Assembly (NCBI GenBank): GCA_963828255.1
Contig: CAWHDZ010000016.1
Location: forward strand, 94,849 to 158,848
Length of the DNA stretch: 64,000 nt
DNA from: an uncultured delta proteobacterium
Lineage (GTDB): Bacteria > Myxococcota > Myxococcia > Myxococcales > Anaeromyxobacteraceae
Reading direction: 5' to 3'
Part shown: piece after piece, positions 19,909 through 29,633 of the stretch
How the letters are laid out: the number at the start of each line of letters is the position of its first letter
Position numbering within the stretch: position 1 is the first letter of the stretch
Made by a program: the position numbers and the translations under genes
The notes under the pieces: model-generated
The model's input: the letters and a program-made list of their open reading frames with translations, nothing else
The model's database searches: none
What the model was told of the DNA's origin: nothing

Positions 19909-20736
19909 TCAGTGGATGTTCCACTGCACCATGGCCTGGGGAGCGGACACGGTGTGGCGGGGAGCGCCGTCGAAGAGGACGTAGGAGTGGAGGTACCACT
20001 CGATGCCCGCGAAGAGGGTATTGCTCTTGCCGCCGAACGGGGCCAGCACGTCCGCCATCAGCACGGGCTGGAACATGACGTCCATGCCGCCCGTCGCGTA
20101 CTGGTACATGTCCAGGAAGCCGGTGAAGACGAACGGGACCGGGCCGATCTGGAAGGGGGCGGTCCAGTACGGGCTGAACTGCCAGGTGTGGGTGTAGATG
20201 TTGGAGGTCTGGTCGGGGAGCCACAGCGAGCTGTACCGGTAGTAGAAGGCCATGCCGACGTAGATGTTCCAGGGGAGGAACAGATCGACGCTGGGACCGA
20301 CCAGGTAGGCCGAGAAGTTGTTGCCGACGTTGATCTCGCCGCCCACGCCCCAGTTGCCGATGACGCCGAGCGCCGGGGGGGCCTTGGGGTCGATGAACTT
20401 GTTGATGAGGATGCGCGGGTGCCACTCGGCGTAGATCTTTGCGTTGCTCCCGTCCACGAAATCGCCCTGGTACATGTCGACGAAGAAGAAGCTGTCGCCG
20501 TACTTGAACTGCGTGAAGTTGTTGAGCGTCAGCGTGGTCATGCTCTGGGTCCTGGTGAAGTACCCGAGCTGGGCGTCGGAGAAGCCGCCGCCCCAGAGCA
20601 GCTGGACGTTCGTCGTGGTGAAGAACGAATCCTCCTTGGGCGGCGGGGGCGCCTCGGCGCGGGCCGGGGCGGCGACGGTCAAGGCGAGGAGTGCGGCGAG
20701 AAGCGGAAGCTTCCGGGCAAGGAACGACTGGCTCAT
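19909..20736 (-). CDS. Tsx-like nucleoside-specific outer-membrane channel
   Basis: Signal peptide, YGDSFFFVD, YAEWHPR, aromatic-rich barrel; first gene before two NCS2 permeases. Confidence 0.72.
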   Translation of the reverse strand: MSQSFLARKLPLLAALLALTVAAPARAEAPPPPKEDSFFTTTNVQLLWGGGFSDAQLGYFTRTQSMTTLTLNNFTQFKYGDSFFFVDMYQGDFVDGSNAKIYAEWHPRILINKFIDPKAPPALGVIGNWGVGGEINVGNNFSAYLVGPSVDLFLPWNIYVGMAFYYRYSSLWLPDQTSNIYTHTWQFSPYWTAPFQIGPVPFVFTGFLDMYQYATGGMDVMFQPVLMADVLAPFGGKSNTLFAGIEWYLHSYVLFDGAPRHTVSAPQAMVQWNIH

Positions 20737-20863
20737 GGTGGTGTGATCCCTCTGGTGGGTGAACGAAGCGCCGCAACCTAGATCGGCCGTCTGACGTTGT
20801 CATCCACGAAGGAGGGGCCCAAGAAGGGAGGCCAGTCGTGGTAATCCTCGATCGGAGGCTCAC

Positions 20864-22024
20864 GTGAACGTCGTCTTCATCTCCCCCCACTTCCCCCTCA
20901 ACTTCTGGCACTTCGTGGCCGCCCTTCGCGACGCCGGGGCGAACGCGCTGGCCATCGCCGACGAGCCCTGGGAGCGGCTGCGCCCCGAGCTCCGGGCGGC
21001 CATGACCGAGTACTACCGGGTCCCCGACATGCACCGGTACGACGACCTGGTGCGGGGGATGGGTTACCTCACGTCGCGCCACGGGAAGATCGACCGGCTC
21101 GACTCCATGAGCGAGTACTGGCTCTCGACCGAGGCCCGGCTCCGGGAGGACTTCAACGTCTTCGGGCTCCGGCCGGCCGACCTTTCGGTGATGCAGCGCA
21201 AGACCGGGATGAAGGGGCTCTTCGCCAGGGTCGGGGTCCCCGCCGCGCCGGCCCACCTCGTCCGCGATGCCGAGGCGGCCCGCGCCTTCGTGGCCCGGGT
21301 GGGATACCCGCTCGTCGCCAAGCCGGACGTGGGCGTGGGGGCCTCGCGCACCTGGAAGCTCGAGCGCAAGGCCGATCTGGACGCCTTCCTGGCGGCGCTC
21401 CCGGCCATCGACTACGTGCTCGAGGGCTTCGTCGAGGGGGACATCGTCACCTACGACGGGCTCACCGACCGCGATGGCCACGTGGTCTTCGACGCCTCGC
21501 TCCGCTACAGCCGCGGGATCATGGAGGTCGTCAACGAGGACACCGACGTCTGGTATCACGCCTCCCGCGACATCGAGCCCGACCTGGCCGACGCCGGCCG
21601 CCGCCTGGTCCGCGCCTTCGACATCCGGGAGCGCTTCTTCCACGCCGAGTTCTTCCGCAGGAAGGACGGCTCCCTCCTTGCACTGGAAGTGAATGTCCGT
21701 CCCCCCGGTGGGATGACCGTGGACATGTGGAACTTCCAGAACGACGCCGACCTCTACCGGGCCTGGGCCAATCTGCTGGTGCACGGCAACGTGGCCCAGC
21801 GCTTCGAGCGGCCGTTCTTCGTGGCCTACGTGGGGCGGAAGGACCGCTACCGCTACGCGCTCCCCCTCGAGGAGGTCCTCTCGCGCTACGGGACGCTCCT
21901 CGTGCACCACGAGCCGGTCAACGACGTCTTCAGCGCGGCCATCGGCAACTACGGCTTCATCCTCCGGTCACCTCGCCTGGAGGACCTCTCCGCGGCGGCC
22001 GCCGACATCCAGGCCAAGGTCTAG
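20864..22024 (+). CDS. ATP-grasp domain protein
   Basis: KTGMK, GYPLVAKPDVGVGA, FFHAEFF, LEVNVRPPGG. Confidence 0.85.
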   Translation: MNVVFISPHFPLNFWHFVAALRDAGANALAIADEPWERLRPELRAAMTEYYRVPDMHRYDDLVRGMGYLTSRHGKIDRLDSMSEYWLSTEARLREDFNVFGLRPADLSVMQRKTGMKGLFARVGVPAAPAHLVRDAEAARAFVARVGYPLVAKPDVGVGASRTWKLERKADLDAFLAALPAIDYVLEGFVEGDIVTYDGLTDRDGHVVFDASLRYSRGIMEVVNEDTDVWYHASRDIEPDLADAGRRLVRAFDIRERFFHAEFFRRKDGSLLALEVNVRPPGGMTVDMWNFQNDADLYRAWANLLVHGNVAQRFERPFFVAYVGRKDRYRYALPLEEVLSRYGTLLVHHEPVNDVFSAAIGNYGFILRSPRLEDLSAAAADIQAKV

Positions 22025-22025
22025 C

Positions 22026-22760
22026 ATGCACGTGGAGAGACACCGCTGGTACAGCCCGGCCCTGGGCCAGGAGATGGAGTGCGAGCTGTACGGCCACGGC
22101 GGCCGGCCGGTGCTGGCCTTCCCGTCGCAGGACGGCCGCATGGCCGACTTCGCCGGGTTCGGCATGATCGACGCCTGCGGCGAGATCCTCGAGGCCGGGC
22201 GGATGCGGCTGGTGGCCGTGGACGGGATCGACTGGCAGAGCTGGACCAACGCCGCCGTCGCGCCGGCCGAGCGGGCGCGGCGCCACCTGGCCTACGACCG
22301 CTACGTGATGGACGAGCTCGTGCCCTTCGTGCGCAAGGCGGCCGGGCGGGGGACCATGTGGGTCACCGGCTGCAGCATGGGGGCCTTCCACGCCGCCAAC
22401 TTCTTCTTCCGCCGGCCGGATGCGTTCGACGGGGTGATCGGCCTCTCCGGGCTCTACTCGGCCCGCAGCTTCATCGCCGACCAGTGGGACGACGCCGCCT
22501 ACTTCAACAGCCCGCTCCAGTACCTGCCCGGCCTCGCCGATCCGGCCTTCCTGGACCGCTACCGCCGGTCCGCCATCGCCTTCGGCGTGGGGCAGGGACG
22601 GTGGGAGGAGGACTGCCTGGCCGACACCCGCGCGCTGGAGGGGATCCTGCGCGAGAAGGGCGTCCCGGCCTGGTTCGACTACTGGGGCGGCGACGTGGAC
22701 CACGACTGGCCGTGGTGGCGCAGGATGCTGCCCTACTTCCTCGACCGCATGGGCGTGTAG
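22026..22760 (+). CDS. Esterase (alpha/beta hydrolase)
   Basis: YGHGGRP, GCSMG nucleophile elbow, HDWPWW. Confidence 0.85.
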   Translation: MHVERHRWYSPALGQEMECELYGHGGRPVLAFPSQDGRMADFAGFGMIDACGEILEAGRMRLVAVDGIDWQSWTNAAVAPAERARRHLAYDRYVMDELVPFVRKAAGRGTMWVTGCSMGAFHAANFFFRRPDAFDGVIGLSGLYSARSFIADQWDDAAYFNSPLQYLPGLADPAFLDRYRRSAIAFGVGQGRWEEDCLADTRALEGILREKGVPAWFDYWGGDVDHDWPWWRRMLPYFLDRMGV

Positions 22761-22774
22761 CCCAGAACCCGCGG

Positions 22775-24580
22775 CTACCCCGCCGGCGCCTTGGCGCGCG
22801 GCTCGTAGACCGCCGCCAGGCGGGGCCCCAGGAAGGCGACGAGCGCCTCCCGCTTCACCTTGAGCGTCGGGGTGACGATGGACGGGTGGTCGGCCGGCGA
22901 CCCCGGGATGACGAGCAGCTTGTGGGGCTTCTCGTAGTCGCTGAAGGCGTGCAGCGCCGAGCGCACCAGCGGGAGGAGCGCCTCGGCCGCGTCGCGCCCC
23001 TCGGTGGCGAGGCGCGCCAGGAATTCCGGGGCCACGAAGACGGCCGCAGAGACGAAGGGGCGCCCCTCGCCGAGCAGGACCGCGCCCTCGAACGGCGGGG
23101 TCCCGGCGATGGCCTGCTCGAGCGGCTCGGGTGCGAGCTTCTTCCCGGTGGAGAGCACGAGCAGGTGCTTCTTCCGCCCCTCCACCCGCAGGAACCCCTC
23201 CCCGTCGATCCGGGCCCGGTCGCCGGTTCGGTAGAAGCCGTCCTCGGTGAAGGCTCCGGCGGTGTCCTCCGCCTCGAGGTAGCCGGTGAGGAGCAGCGGC
23301 CCGCGCAACAGCAGCTCCCCGTCGGTTTCGAAGCGGACCTCGTGGTCGGGCGTGACGATGCCCGCCGTGCCGGACCGGCGCAACCCGTCCCGGAGGTTCG
23401 CCGAGACCATGCCGCCGGTCTCGGTCATCCCGTAGAGCTCCACGCAGGGGATGCCGAGCCCCTCGAGGAAGCGGAAGAGGGCCGGCGACGCCGGGGCCCC
23501 GCCGCAGAAGAGGGCGCCCATTCGCCCGCCCAGCTTCTGCCGGAGCGGTCCGCCCACCAGCCGGTCGGCGACGCGGGTGAGGATGCGGTCTCCGAGGCTC
23601 CGGCTTCCCTCCACCCGGACCCGCACGCCGGCCGCCAGGGCGGCCCGGGCCAGGCGGCGCAGCGGGGGGGACAGGGAGTCCACCTTGGTCCCCACGGCGG
23701 AGCGGAACCAATCGTAGATGAGCGGTACCGAGAAGGCATAGGTCGGTCCGAAGGAGAAGGACCGCTCGATGTCCTCGCGCCGGAGCACGAGGAGGAGCGC
23801 GTGCCCCTGGGCCAGGGCCAGGAAGAACTGGTCGTGGCCGGCCACGTGCGCGAAGGGGAGGAAGTGGACGCCCAGGTCGTCCGGACCTGTTCCGCAGGAG
23901 GAGTTGCCGGCGTCGATGGCGTGGACGATGGATCGCTGCGGGAGGCGCACGCCCTTGGGACGGCCGGTGGTGCCGCTCGTGAAGATCATGAGGAACGGAT
24001 CCTCCGGCCCCACGGCGTCGACGAGCGCGTCCCATGCGGCGTCGGCGAGCGGCTCGGCCTCCTCGCCCGAGACCTGGGCGGCGGTGAGGAGCCGGACTCC
24101 CGGGGGCACCGCGTCGGGCGGGATGGGCGCGACGCTGATCACGGCCACGAGACCGTCGGCGAAGAGCTCTCCCGCGGCCGGAGCCAGCTTCTCCCACTGG
24201 GCCGGGCCGGACACGAAGGCCACCCGGGGCTTCACTCGTAGTGCAATGGCGCGGGCCGGTTCCCCGTCCAGGCTGGCGAAGAGGGCGGCTGGCTCGGCGC
24301 GCAGCGCCTGGGCGCCCAGCGACACCTCCTGCCAGGCCGGCGAGTTCTCGGCCAGCATGAGCACGCGGTCGCCGGCGCGCAGGCCGGCGCGGGAGAGCGA
24401 CGCGGCGGCCCGCCGGACGCCCCGCTCGAAGGCCGCGAAGGTGACGTCGCGGGGCGGCGCCGTCCGGTCGGACGGGTCGAGGACGCGCAGGAAGGTGGCG
24501 CCGGGGAGGCGGCGCGCGGTCGCCCGCAGGAGGGCGGGAAGGGTGCGATCGGAGAAGCGGCGGAGCGTGAGTGTCTTCAT
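22775..24580 (-). CDS. Long-chain fatty-acid--CoA ligase (AMP-binding)
   Basis: FTSGTTGRPKG, YGMTE, RTGD, GRKK, TPTLKVKR. Confidence 0.88.
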   Translation of the reverse strand: MKTLTLRRFSDRTLPALLRATARRLPGATFLRVLDPSDRTAPPRDVTFAAFERGVRRAAASLSRAGLRAGDRVLMLAENSPAWQEVSLGAQALRAEPAALFASLDGEPARAIALRVKPRVAFVSGPAQWEKLAPAAGELFADGLVAVISVAPIPPDAVPPGVRLLTAAQVSGEEAEPLADAAWDALVDAVGPEDPFLMIFTSGTTGRPKGVRLPQRSIVHAIDAGNSSCGTGPDDLGVHFLPFAHVAGHDQFFLALAQGHALLLVLRREDIERSFSFGPTYAFSVPLIYDWFRSAVGTKVDSLSPPLRRLARAALAAGVRVRVEGSRSLGDRILTRVADRLVGGPLRQKLGGRMGALFCGGAPASPALFRFLEGLGIPCVELYGMTETGGMVSANLRDGLRRSGTAGIVTPDHEVRFETDGELLLRGPLLLTGYLEAEDTAGAFTEDGFYRTGDRARIDGEGFLRVEGRKKHLLVLSTGKKLAPEPLEQAIAGTPPFEGAVLLGEGRPFVSAAVFVAPEFLARLATEGRDAAEALLPLVRSALHAFSDYEKPHKLLVIPGSPADHPSIVTPTLKVKREALVAFLGPRLAAVYEPRAKAPAG

Positions 24581-24641
24581 GGAGTGGGGGAACTGGAAGA
24601 TCATAGGACCTTGTCCCGGACGGAGCTAGAGTGCGACCCGG

Positions 24642-25265
24642 ATGGACGTCGAGGGGCTGACCTACGGACCCAGGGAGTGCGGCAGCTGCCGCTGGTGGCG
24701 CCCCATCCTGGAGGACGCGCGGGGCCCGATCGGGCCGTGCCGGTACGGCGCCCGGACCGGCGACTTCCCCGGGACCGCCCCGATCTGCGAGCAGTACCTG
24801 GGGCGCGACCGTTCCATCCCGGCGCCAGCCCCGCCGCGCGAGGTCCGTCGTTCCCCCTCCGCGCGCCCCCCCGCCGTCCACCGCGCCCCCCTGTCCCCGC
24901 TCCCCGAGGAGATCCTCGCCATGACGCGTGAAGAGTTCGCCCAGGCCATCCGCGACGCCCTCCGGGAGGAAGCTCCCGACGTCCCGCTCGCGCCCAAGTG
25001 GGAAGGGGGCTCCATCGTGGTGAAGCCCGGCGACCCCTCGCTCCAGCCGAAGGAGCTGCCGCTCGACGCCCTCTTCCACAAGGTGGTGATGGTCCGCGAC
25101 CGGCTGCGCGTGCTCGAGCAGAAGGTGAACGCACACCCCAAGCTGTCCGACGCCGAGAAGGTGGAGATGCAGGGGTACGTGACGAAGTGCTACGGCAGCC
25201 TGACCAGCTTCAACCTCCTCTTCCGCGACGAGCGGGACAAGTTCGTCGGCGAGAAGACGGGGTAG
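24642..25265 (+). CDS. Conserved hypothetical protein with N-terminal four-Cys module
   Basis: CGSC...C...C, Pro-rich linker, globular C-domain FHKVVMVRDRLRVLEQKVN...YGSLTSFN; good codon bias. Confidence 0.75.
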   Translation: MDVEGLTYGPRECGSCRWWRPILEDARGPIGPCRYGARTGDFPGTAPICEQYLGRDRSIPAPAPPREVRRSPSARPPAVHRAPLSPLPEEILAMTREEFAQAIRDALREEAPDVPLAPKWEGGSIVVKPGDPSLQPKELPLDALFHKVVMVRDRLRVLEQKVNAHPKLSDAEKVEMQGYVTKCYGSLTSFNLLFRDERDKFVGEKTG

Positions 25266-25287
25266 CCCCGAGAACCAGGAGAACGCC

Positions 25288-25806
25288 ATGCGCCGATCCC
25301 AGATCGCCCTCACCCTCGCAGCAGCCCTCGCCACCCTCTCGTTTCCCGCCCTCGCCGCGGAACCCGAGGCCCCCTTCGTCTCCACCGGCGAGGTCGTCTA
25401 CCGCACCTCCGCCGCCTACGACGCGACGCGCGTGCGCGGCCCCAACGTCAACATGGCGGTGACCAAGGACGGTCGCTGGGGCGGAAACCTCCTCACCAAG
25501 GACGTCGTGCTGAAGATCGAGCCCGGCCGGATCAGCGGGGCCGGGGTGAACCTCGTCGTCAAGAAGGACGCGAAGACCTTCTCGGTGGAGGGGATGATCT
25601 CCGGCATCCGGGTGCGCCTGACCGCGACCGCCACGACCTTCGTGGGCCGGGTGGGCGACCGGCAGGCCGAATGCGGACGCGAGGCCGACGGCTTCTGCTA
25701 CATGAGCGGCGGCCGCACCTCGTCGATGCGCTTCAAGGGCACGGCGAACCAGTGGCCTGACGTCCCGATGCCGCAGTGGGTCTTCGCGGTCATCGGGGCG
25801 ATCTGA
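25288..25806 (+). CDS. Secreted hypothetical protein (beta-rich)
   Basis: AGGAG RBS, signal peptide ending PALA-A. Confidence 0.75.
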   Translation: MRRSQIALTLAAALATLSFPALAAEPEAPFVSTGEVVYRTSAAYDATRVRGPNVNMAVTKDGRWGGNLLTKDVVLKIEPGRISGAGVNLVVKKDAKTFSVEGMISGIRVRLTATATTFVGRVGDRQAECGREADGFCYMSGGRTSSMRFKGTANQWPDVPMPQWVFAVIGAI

Positions 25807-25819
25807 GGCGCAGGGGTTC

Positions 25820-27043
25820 CTAGTTCGGCTTCCAGAAGTCCAGGCTCGTGAAGCTGTACTTCACCGATACCTGAAGGCGCGTGTCGAAGCCGGTGGCGCC
25901 CCCCTTGTCGGTGCGGTGTCCCCAGAGGAACTCTGGGCCGGCCATGAAGTTGCGGAACGGAGTCACCAGGAAGTTCACCGAGGCGTAATGCCCGGTCTTG
26001 AAGGCCTCCGGACCCTGCAGGCTGGTGTTGAACATCATCATGGTGCTGTAGCCCACCGCGCTGCAGAAGAGCTTGTTCCAGTACACGTCGAGGTAGGCGG
26101 TGATGCCGAGGAGCGGGACCGCCTCGGCCTTCGGTGCGGCCGGCGTCCCGCCAAAAGCCAGGTCGGGCCCGGCGTCGTTCATGTAGTAGGAGAACCCCGT
26201 GCCCCCCGCGACGGCCACGAGGAGCTTCAGCCTGTCGGGGATGAGCTTGACCTGGGAACTGGCGTGGAGCCCCCAGCCGATGGCCTCGCCCTTGGTCTGG
26301 ACCGCCGCTCCGGGCGTGTCGTATCCCAGCCAGCGCAGGATGCCGGACAGCTGGAGGTAGCCCCAGCCCTGGGCCAGCCGGTACTGCGCGGTCAGGTCGG
26401 GGAGCAGGCTGCGTGGCGCCAGGCTCGAGGTGGGGGACGGGGGACCGGGATTCCAGGTCGGACCGTTGGTGGGATCCAGGTCGGTGGCGGGTCGCTCCAG
26501 GGCCACCGCGAAGGTGTGCTCGCCGGTGATGGGCGTGTAGCGGATCTGGACGTTCCGGTAGAAGACCATCCCGGCCGGGCCCCAGTAGTCGATGATGGTC
26601 GGCCAGAAGTCGTCGTCCATGAAGAGGCTGGCGGTCAGGCCCCCGAGGATCGGACCCCACGAGCCATAGGCCTGGCGCAGCCGGAGCGTGTTCTGTCCGC
26701 CGGCGTCCGGCCGTCCCTCGCCGAGGCCGAAGAAGTCGAACTCGATGCGGGCGAAGAGGTCGTACTCGCCCGCGGGCAGCGATCCCCGCACGCCGAGCCG
26801 TGACTGGCGCGCGCTGAGGATGGACTCGCCATTGGCGCCGTAGAGCCCCTCCTCGGTGGGGATGCGGGTGGGGCGCAAGGTGGCGTTCCAGTCGGGACGG
26901 ACGCGCTGGAAGTCCTGGATGAGATCCACCTGGGCGAAGCCGTAGATCTCGAAGGTGGGCTTGCGGACGACCTCCTGGGAGGAGGCCGGCGCGGGGAGAA
27001 GCGACGCGGCGGCGAGCAGCGCGAGGACGGGTGTGCGGTTCAT
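25820..27043 (-). CDS. DcaP-family outer-membrane porin
   Basis: YGFAQVD, ARQSRLG, EFDFF, RLRQAY, PDLT; last gene of the dicarboxylate operon. Confidence 0.82.
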   Translation of the reverse strand: MNRTPVLALLAAASLLPAPASSQEVVRKPTFEIYGFAQVDLIQDFQRVRPDWNATLRPTRIPTEEGLYGANGESILSARQSRLGVRGSLPAGEYDLFARIEFDFFGLGEGRPDAGGQNTLRLRQAYGSWGPILGGLTASLFMDDDFWPTIIDYWGPAGMVFYRNVQIRYTPITGEHTFAVALERPATDLDPTNGPTWNPGPPSPTSSLAPRSLLPDLTAQYRLAQGWGYLQLSGILRWLGYDTPGAAVQTKGEAIGWGLHASSQVKLIPDRLKLLVAVAGGTGFSYYMNDAGPDLAFGGTPAAPKAEAVPLLGITAYLDVYWNKLFCSAVGYSTMMMFNTSLQGPEAFKTGHYASVNFLVTPFRNFMAGPEFLWGHRTDKGGATGFDTRLQVSVKYSFTSLDFWKPN

Positions 27044-27061
27044 GTGGCCCCCTTGGATTCC

Positions 27062-28153
27062 TCAGTACTCGTCGAAGTACTTCTGGATCTGGGCGACGTC
27101 CTTCGTCTTCGTGAGCGCCATCTGTAGAAGTACGCGCGCCTTGGGCGGATTCAGCTCCATCGCGGCCACGAACCCGAGCTTGTCGTCGTCGAGCTCGACG
27201 TTCCGGGCCACGGTCCCGGAGCCGACCCGGGAGCTGCGAACCACCACCACGCCCTTCTTCGCCGCCGCGGCCAGCGCCTGGATGAGCGGGTCGGTGCCGT
27301 TCCCGTCCCCCACGCCGGCGAGCACGATCCCCTTCGCCCCGGCGGCCAGCGCGGCGTCGACGAACTCGGGACCCACGTTGGCGTGCGCGTAGACGATGAA
27401 CACCTTGGGGAGGGTGTCGGGGACGCTGCCGGCGAAGACGCTGCCGCTCGTGTGCCGGGGCACGGGCGGCGAATAGAAGGTGGCCTTGCCGAAGAGCACG
27501 ATGCCGGCGCGCCCCCGGTTGGGCGACACGAAGGTCTGGAGCGAGGTGGAGTTGGTCTTGGTGGCCTCGCGCGCGTAGTGGATGTCGTCGTTCATCACGA
27601 TGAGCACGCTGCGGCCGCGAGCGGCCGGGTCGGCGGCGACGGCGGCGCCGTTGTAGAGGTTCATGGGGCCGTCGGCGGAGATGGCGGTGGCCGGCCGCAT
27701 CGAGCCGACCAGCACCACCGGCTTGTCCCCCTTCACCACCAGGTCGAGGAAGTAGCCGGTCTCCTCCTGGGTGTCGGTGCCGTGGGTGATGACGATCCCG
27801 TCCACGGAGGGGTCCTTCTGCAGCTCGTTCACGCGGCGTGCGAGCTTGATCCAGACCGCGTCGTTCATGTCCTGGCTGCCGATGCTGGCGATCTGCTCGC
27901 CCTTCACGGCCGCGATCTTCTCCATCCCCGGCACCGCCTGGATGAGCGACTCCACCGAGAAGCTGCCGGCCTTGTAGCCGGCCTCGCCCGCCTTGGGCTG
28001 GGCCCCGGCGATGGTGCCGCCGGTGGCCAGGATGGTCACGGTGGGCTTCGCGGGCGCGAGCTTCTGGGCGGCCTGCGCCAGTCCGGCGGTGGGAATCCAG
28101 GCCGCCAGGGCGGCGGCGGCGATGCTGCCGATGATGCTTCGCAGGTTGGTCAT
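27062..28153 (-). CDS. ansB: Periplasmic type II L-asparaginase
   Basis: Signal peptide, ATGGTIAG, HGTDT, GSMRP, LNPPKAR. Confidence 0.92.
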   Translation of the reverse strand: MTNLRSIIGSIAAAALAAWIPTAGLAQAAQKLAPAKPTVTILATGGTIAGAQPKAGEAGYKAGSFSVESLIQAVPGMEKIAAVKGEQIASIGSQDMNDAVWIKLARRVNELQKDPSVDGIVITHGTDTQEETGYFLDLVVKGDKPVVLVGSMRPATAISADGPMNLYNGAAVAADPAARGRSVLIVMNDDIHYAREATKTNSTSLQTFVSPNRGRAGIVLFGKATFYSPPVPRHTSGSVFAGSVPDTLPKVFIVYAHANVGPEFVDAALAAGAKGIVLAGVGDGNGTDPLIQALAAAAKKGVVVVRSSRVGSGTVARNVELDDDKLGFVAAMELNPPKARVLLQMALTKTKDVAQIQKYFDEY

Positions 28154-29622
28154 GATCCCTTTCCTTCCTTCTCCGTGCCGTGCTCCTTGAACCACACCTC
28201 GTCGTGCTTCATGGCCTTGGCCCCGGCGATGCCGGGCTTCGTCATCTCGAACGGGTCGAGGATGGCGTCGAGCTGCTCCTTCGTGAGCACCTTGTCGCGC
28301 AGGATCAGCTCCCGGACCGGCTTCCCGGTCAGGTTCGCCTCCCGGGCGATGCGGGCGGCCGTCTCGTAGCCGACGTGCGGGTTGATGGCGGTGATCACGC
28401 CCACGCTGCCGTCCACGTAGGCCTTCATGCGGTCGGCGTTGGCGGTGAGCCCCTCCACCAGGAACTTCCGGAAGACCACGAAGACGTTGGTCATGATCCC
28501 GATGGACTGGAGCAGGTTGAAGACCAGCACCGGCTCCATGACGTTGAGCTCGAACTGCCCGGCCTCGGAGGCCAGGCAGATGGTGTGGTCGTTGCCGATG
28601 ACCTGGAAGGCCACCTGGTTCACCACCTCGGCCATGACCGGGTTCACCTTGCCGGGCATGATGGAGGAGCCGGGCTGGCGCGCCGGGAGGTTGAGCTCGA
28701 AGAGGCCGCAGCGGGGGCCGGAGGCCATCATCCGCAGGTCGTTGGCGATCTTGGAGAGGTTCATCATGCAGACCTTCAGCGCCGCCGAGACCTCGGTGTA
28801 GCAGTCGGTGTTCTGGGTGGCGTCGACCAGGTCCTCGGCGGTCCTCATGGGGAAGCCGCTGATCTCGGCCAGGTACTTCACGACGGCGGTGATGTAGTTG
28901 GGATCGGCGTTCAGGCCGGTGCCCACCGCGGTCGCCCCCATGTTCACCTCGAGCAGGTGCTTGCCGACCAGCTGGATGCGGTCCAGGTCGCGGCCGATGA
29001 CGCGCCGGTAGGCGCCGAACTCCTGCCCGAGCCGGATGGGCACCGCATCCTGGAGGTGGGTGCGCCCCATCTTGATGATGCCGTGGAACTCCTTCTCCTT
29101 GGCCGCGAAGGCCTCGTGGAGCTTCCTCAGCTCGACGCCCAGCGAGCGCCCCAGGTCCAGCGCCGCGATGTGGACGCCGGTGGGGAAGGCGTCGTTGGTG
29201 GACTGGGCCATGTTGACGTGGGAGTTGGGGCTGACGACCTTGTAGTTCCCCTTCGTCTCTCCCAGGAGCTCCAGCGCCCGGTTGGCGATCACCTCGTTGG
29301 CGTTCATGTTGATGGAGGTGCCGGCGCCGCCCTGGATGGGATCGACGATGAACTGGGCGTCGAGCTTGCCGGCGATGACGTCGTCGGCCGCCTTCGCGAT
29401 GGCGTCGGCGATCTTCGCGTCCAGGTGGCCGGTGTCCCGGTTGGCGAGCGCCGCGGCCTTCTTCACGACGGCCATGGCCCGGATGAGGGCGGGGTGCAGC
29501 GGGAGGCCGGTGATGGGGAAGTTCTCGGCTCCCCGCAGCGTCTGGACGCCGTAGTAGGCGTCGGCGGGAACCTCGCGGTCGCCCAGGAAGTCGTGCTCGA
29601 TGCGGAACGGGGTAGAGGCCAT
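28150..29622 (-). CDS. aspA: Aspartate ammonia-lyase
   Basis: YYGVQT, GGAGTS, QSTND, GRTHLQDA, GSSIMPGKVNP, QFELNVMEP. Confidence 0.93.
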   Translation of the reverse strand: MASTPFRIEHDFLGDREVPADAYYGVQTLRGAENFPITGLPLHPALIRAMAVVKKAAALANRDTGHLDAKIADAIAKAADDVIAGKLDAQFIVDPIQGGAGTSINMNANEVIANRALELLGETKGNYKVVSPNSHVNMAQSTNDAFPTGVHIAALDLGRSLGVELRKLHEAFAAKEKEFHGIIKMGRTHLQDAVPIRLGQEFGAYRRVIGRDLDRIQLVGKHLLEVNMGATAVGTGLNADPNYITAVVKYLAEISGFPMRTAEDLVDATQNTDCYTEVSAALKVCMMNLSKIANDLRMMASGPRCGLFELNLPARQPGSSIMPGKVNPVMAEVVNQVAFQVIGNDHTICLASEAGQFELNVMEPVLVFNLLQSIGIMTNVFVVFRKFLVEGLTANADRMKAYVDGSVGVITAINPHVGYETAARIAREANLTGKPVRELILRDKVLTKEQLDAILDPFEMTKPGIAGAKAMKHDEVWFKEHGTEKEGKGS

Positions 29623-29633
29623 GGGAGTCTCCG

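Noticed and set aside
20737..20863. Purine or PyrR-type riboswitch ahead of the nucleobase operon; c-di-GMP riboswitch ahead of the oxidase
   Set aside because: Could not match the conserved cores by eye; needs an Infernal/Rfam scan
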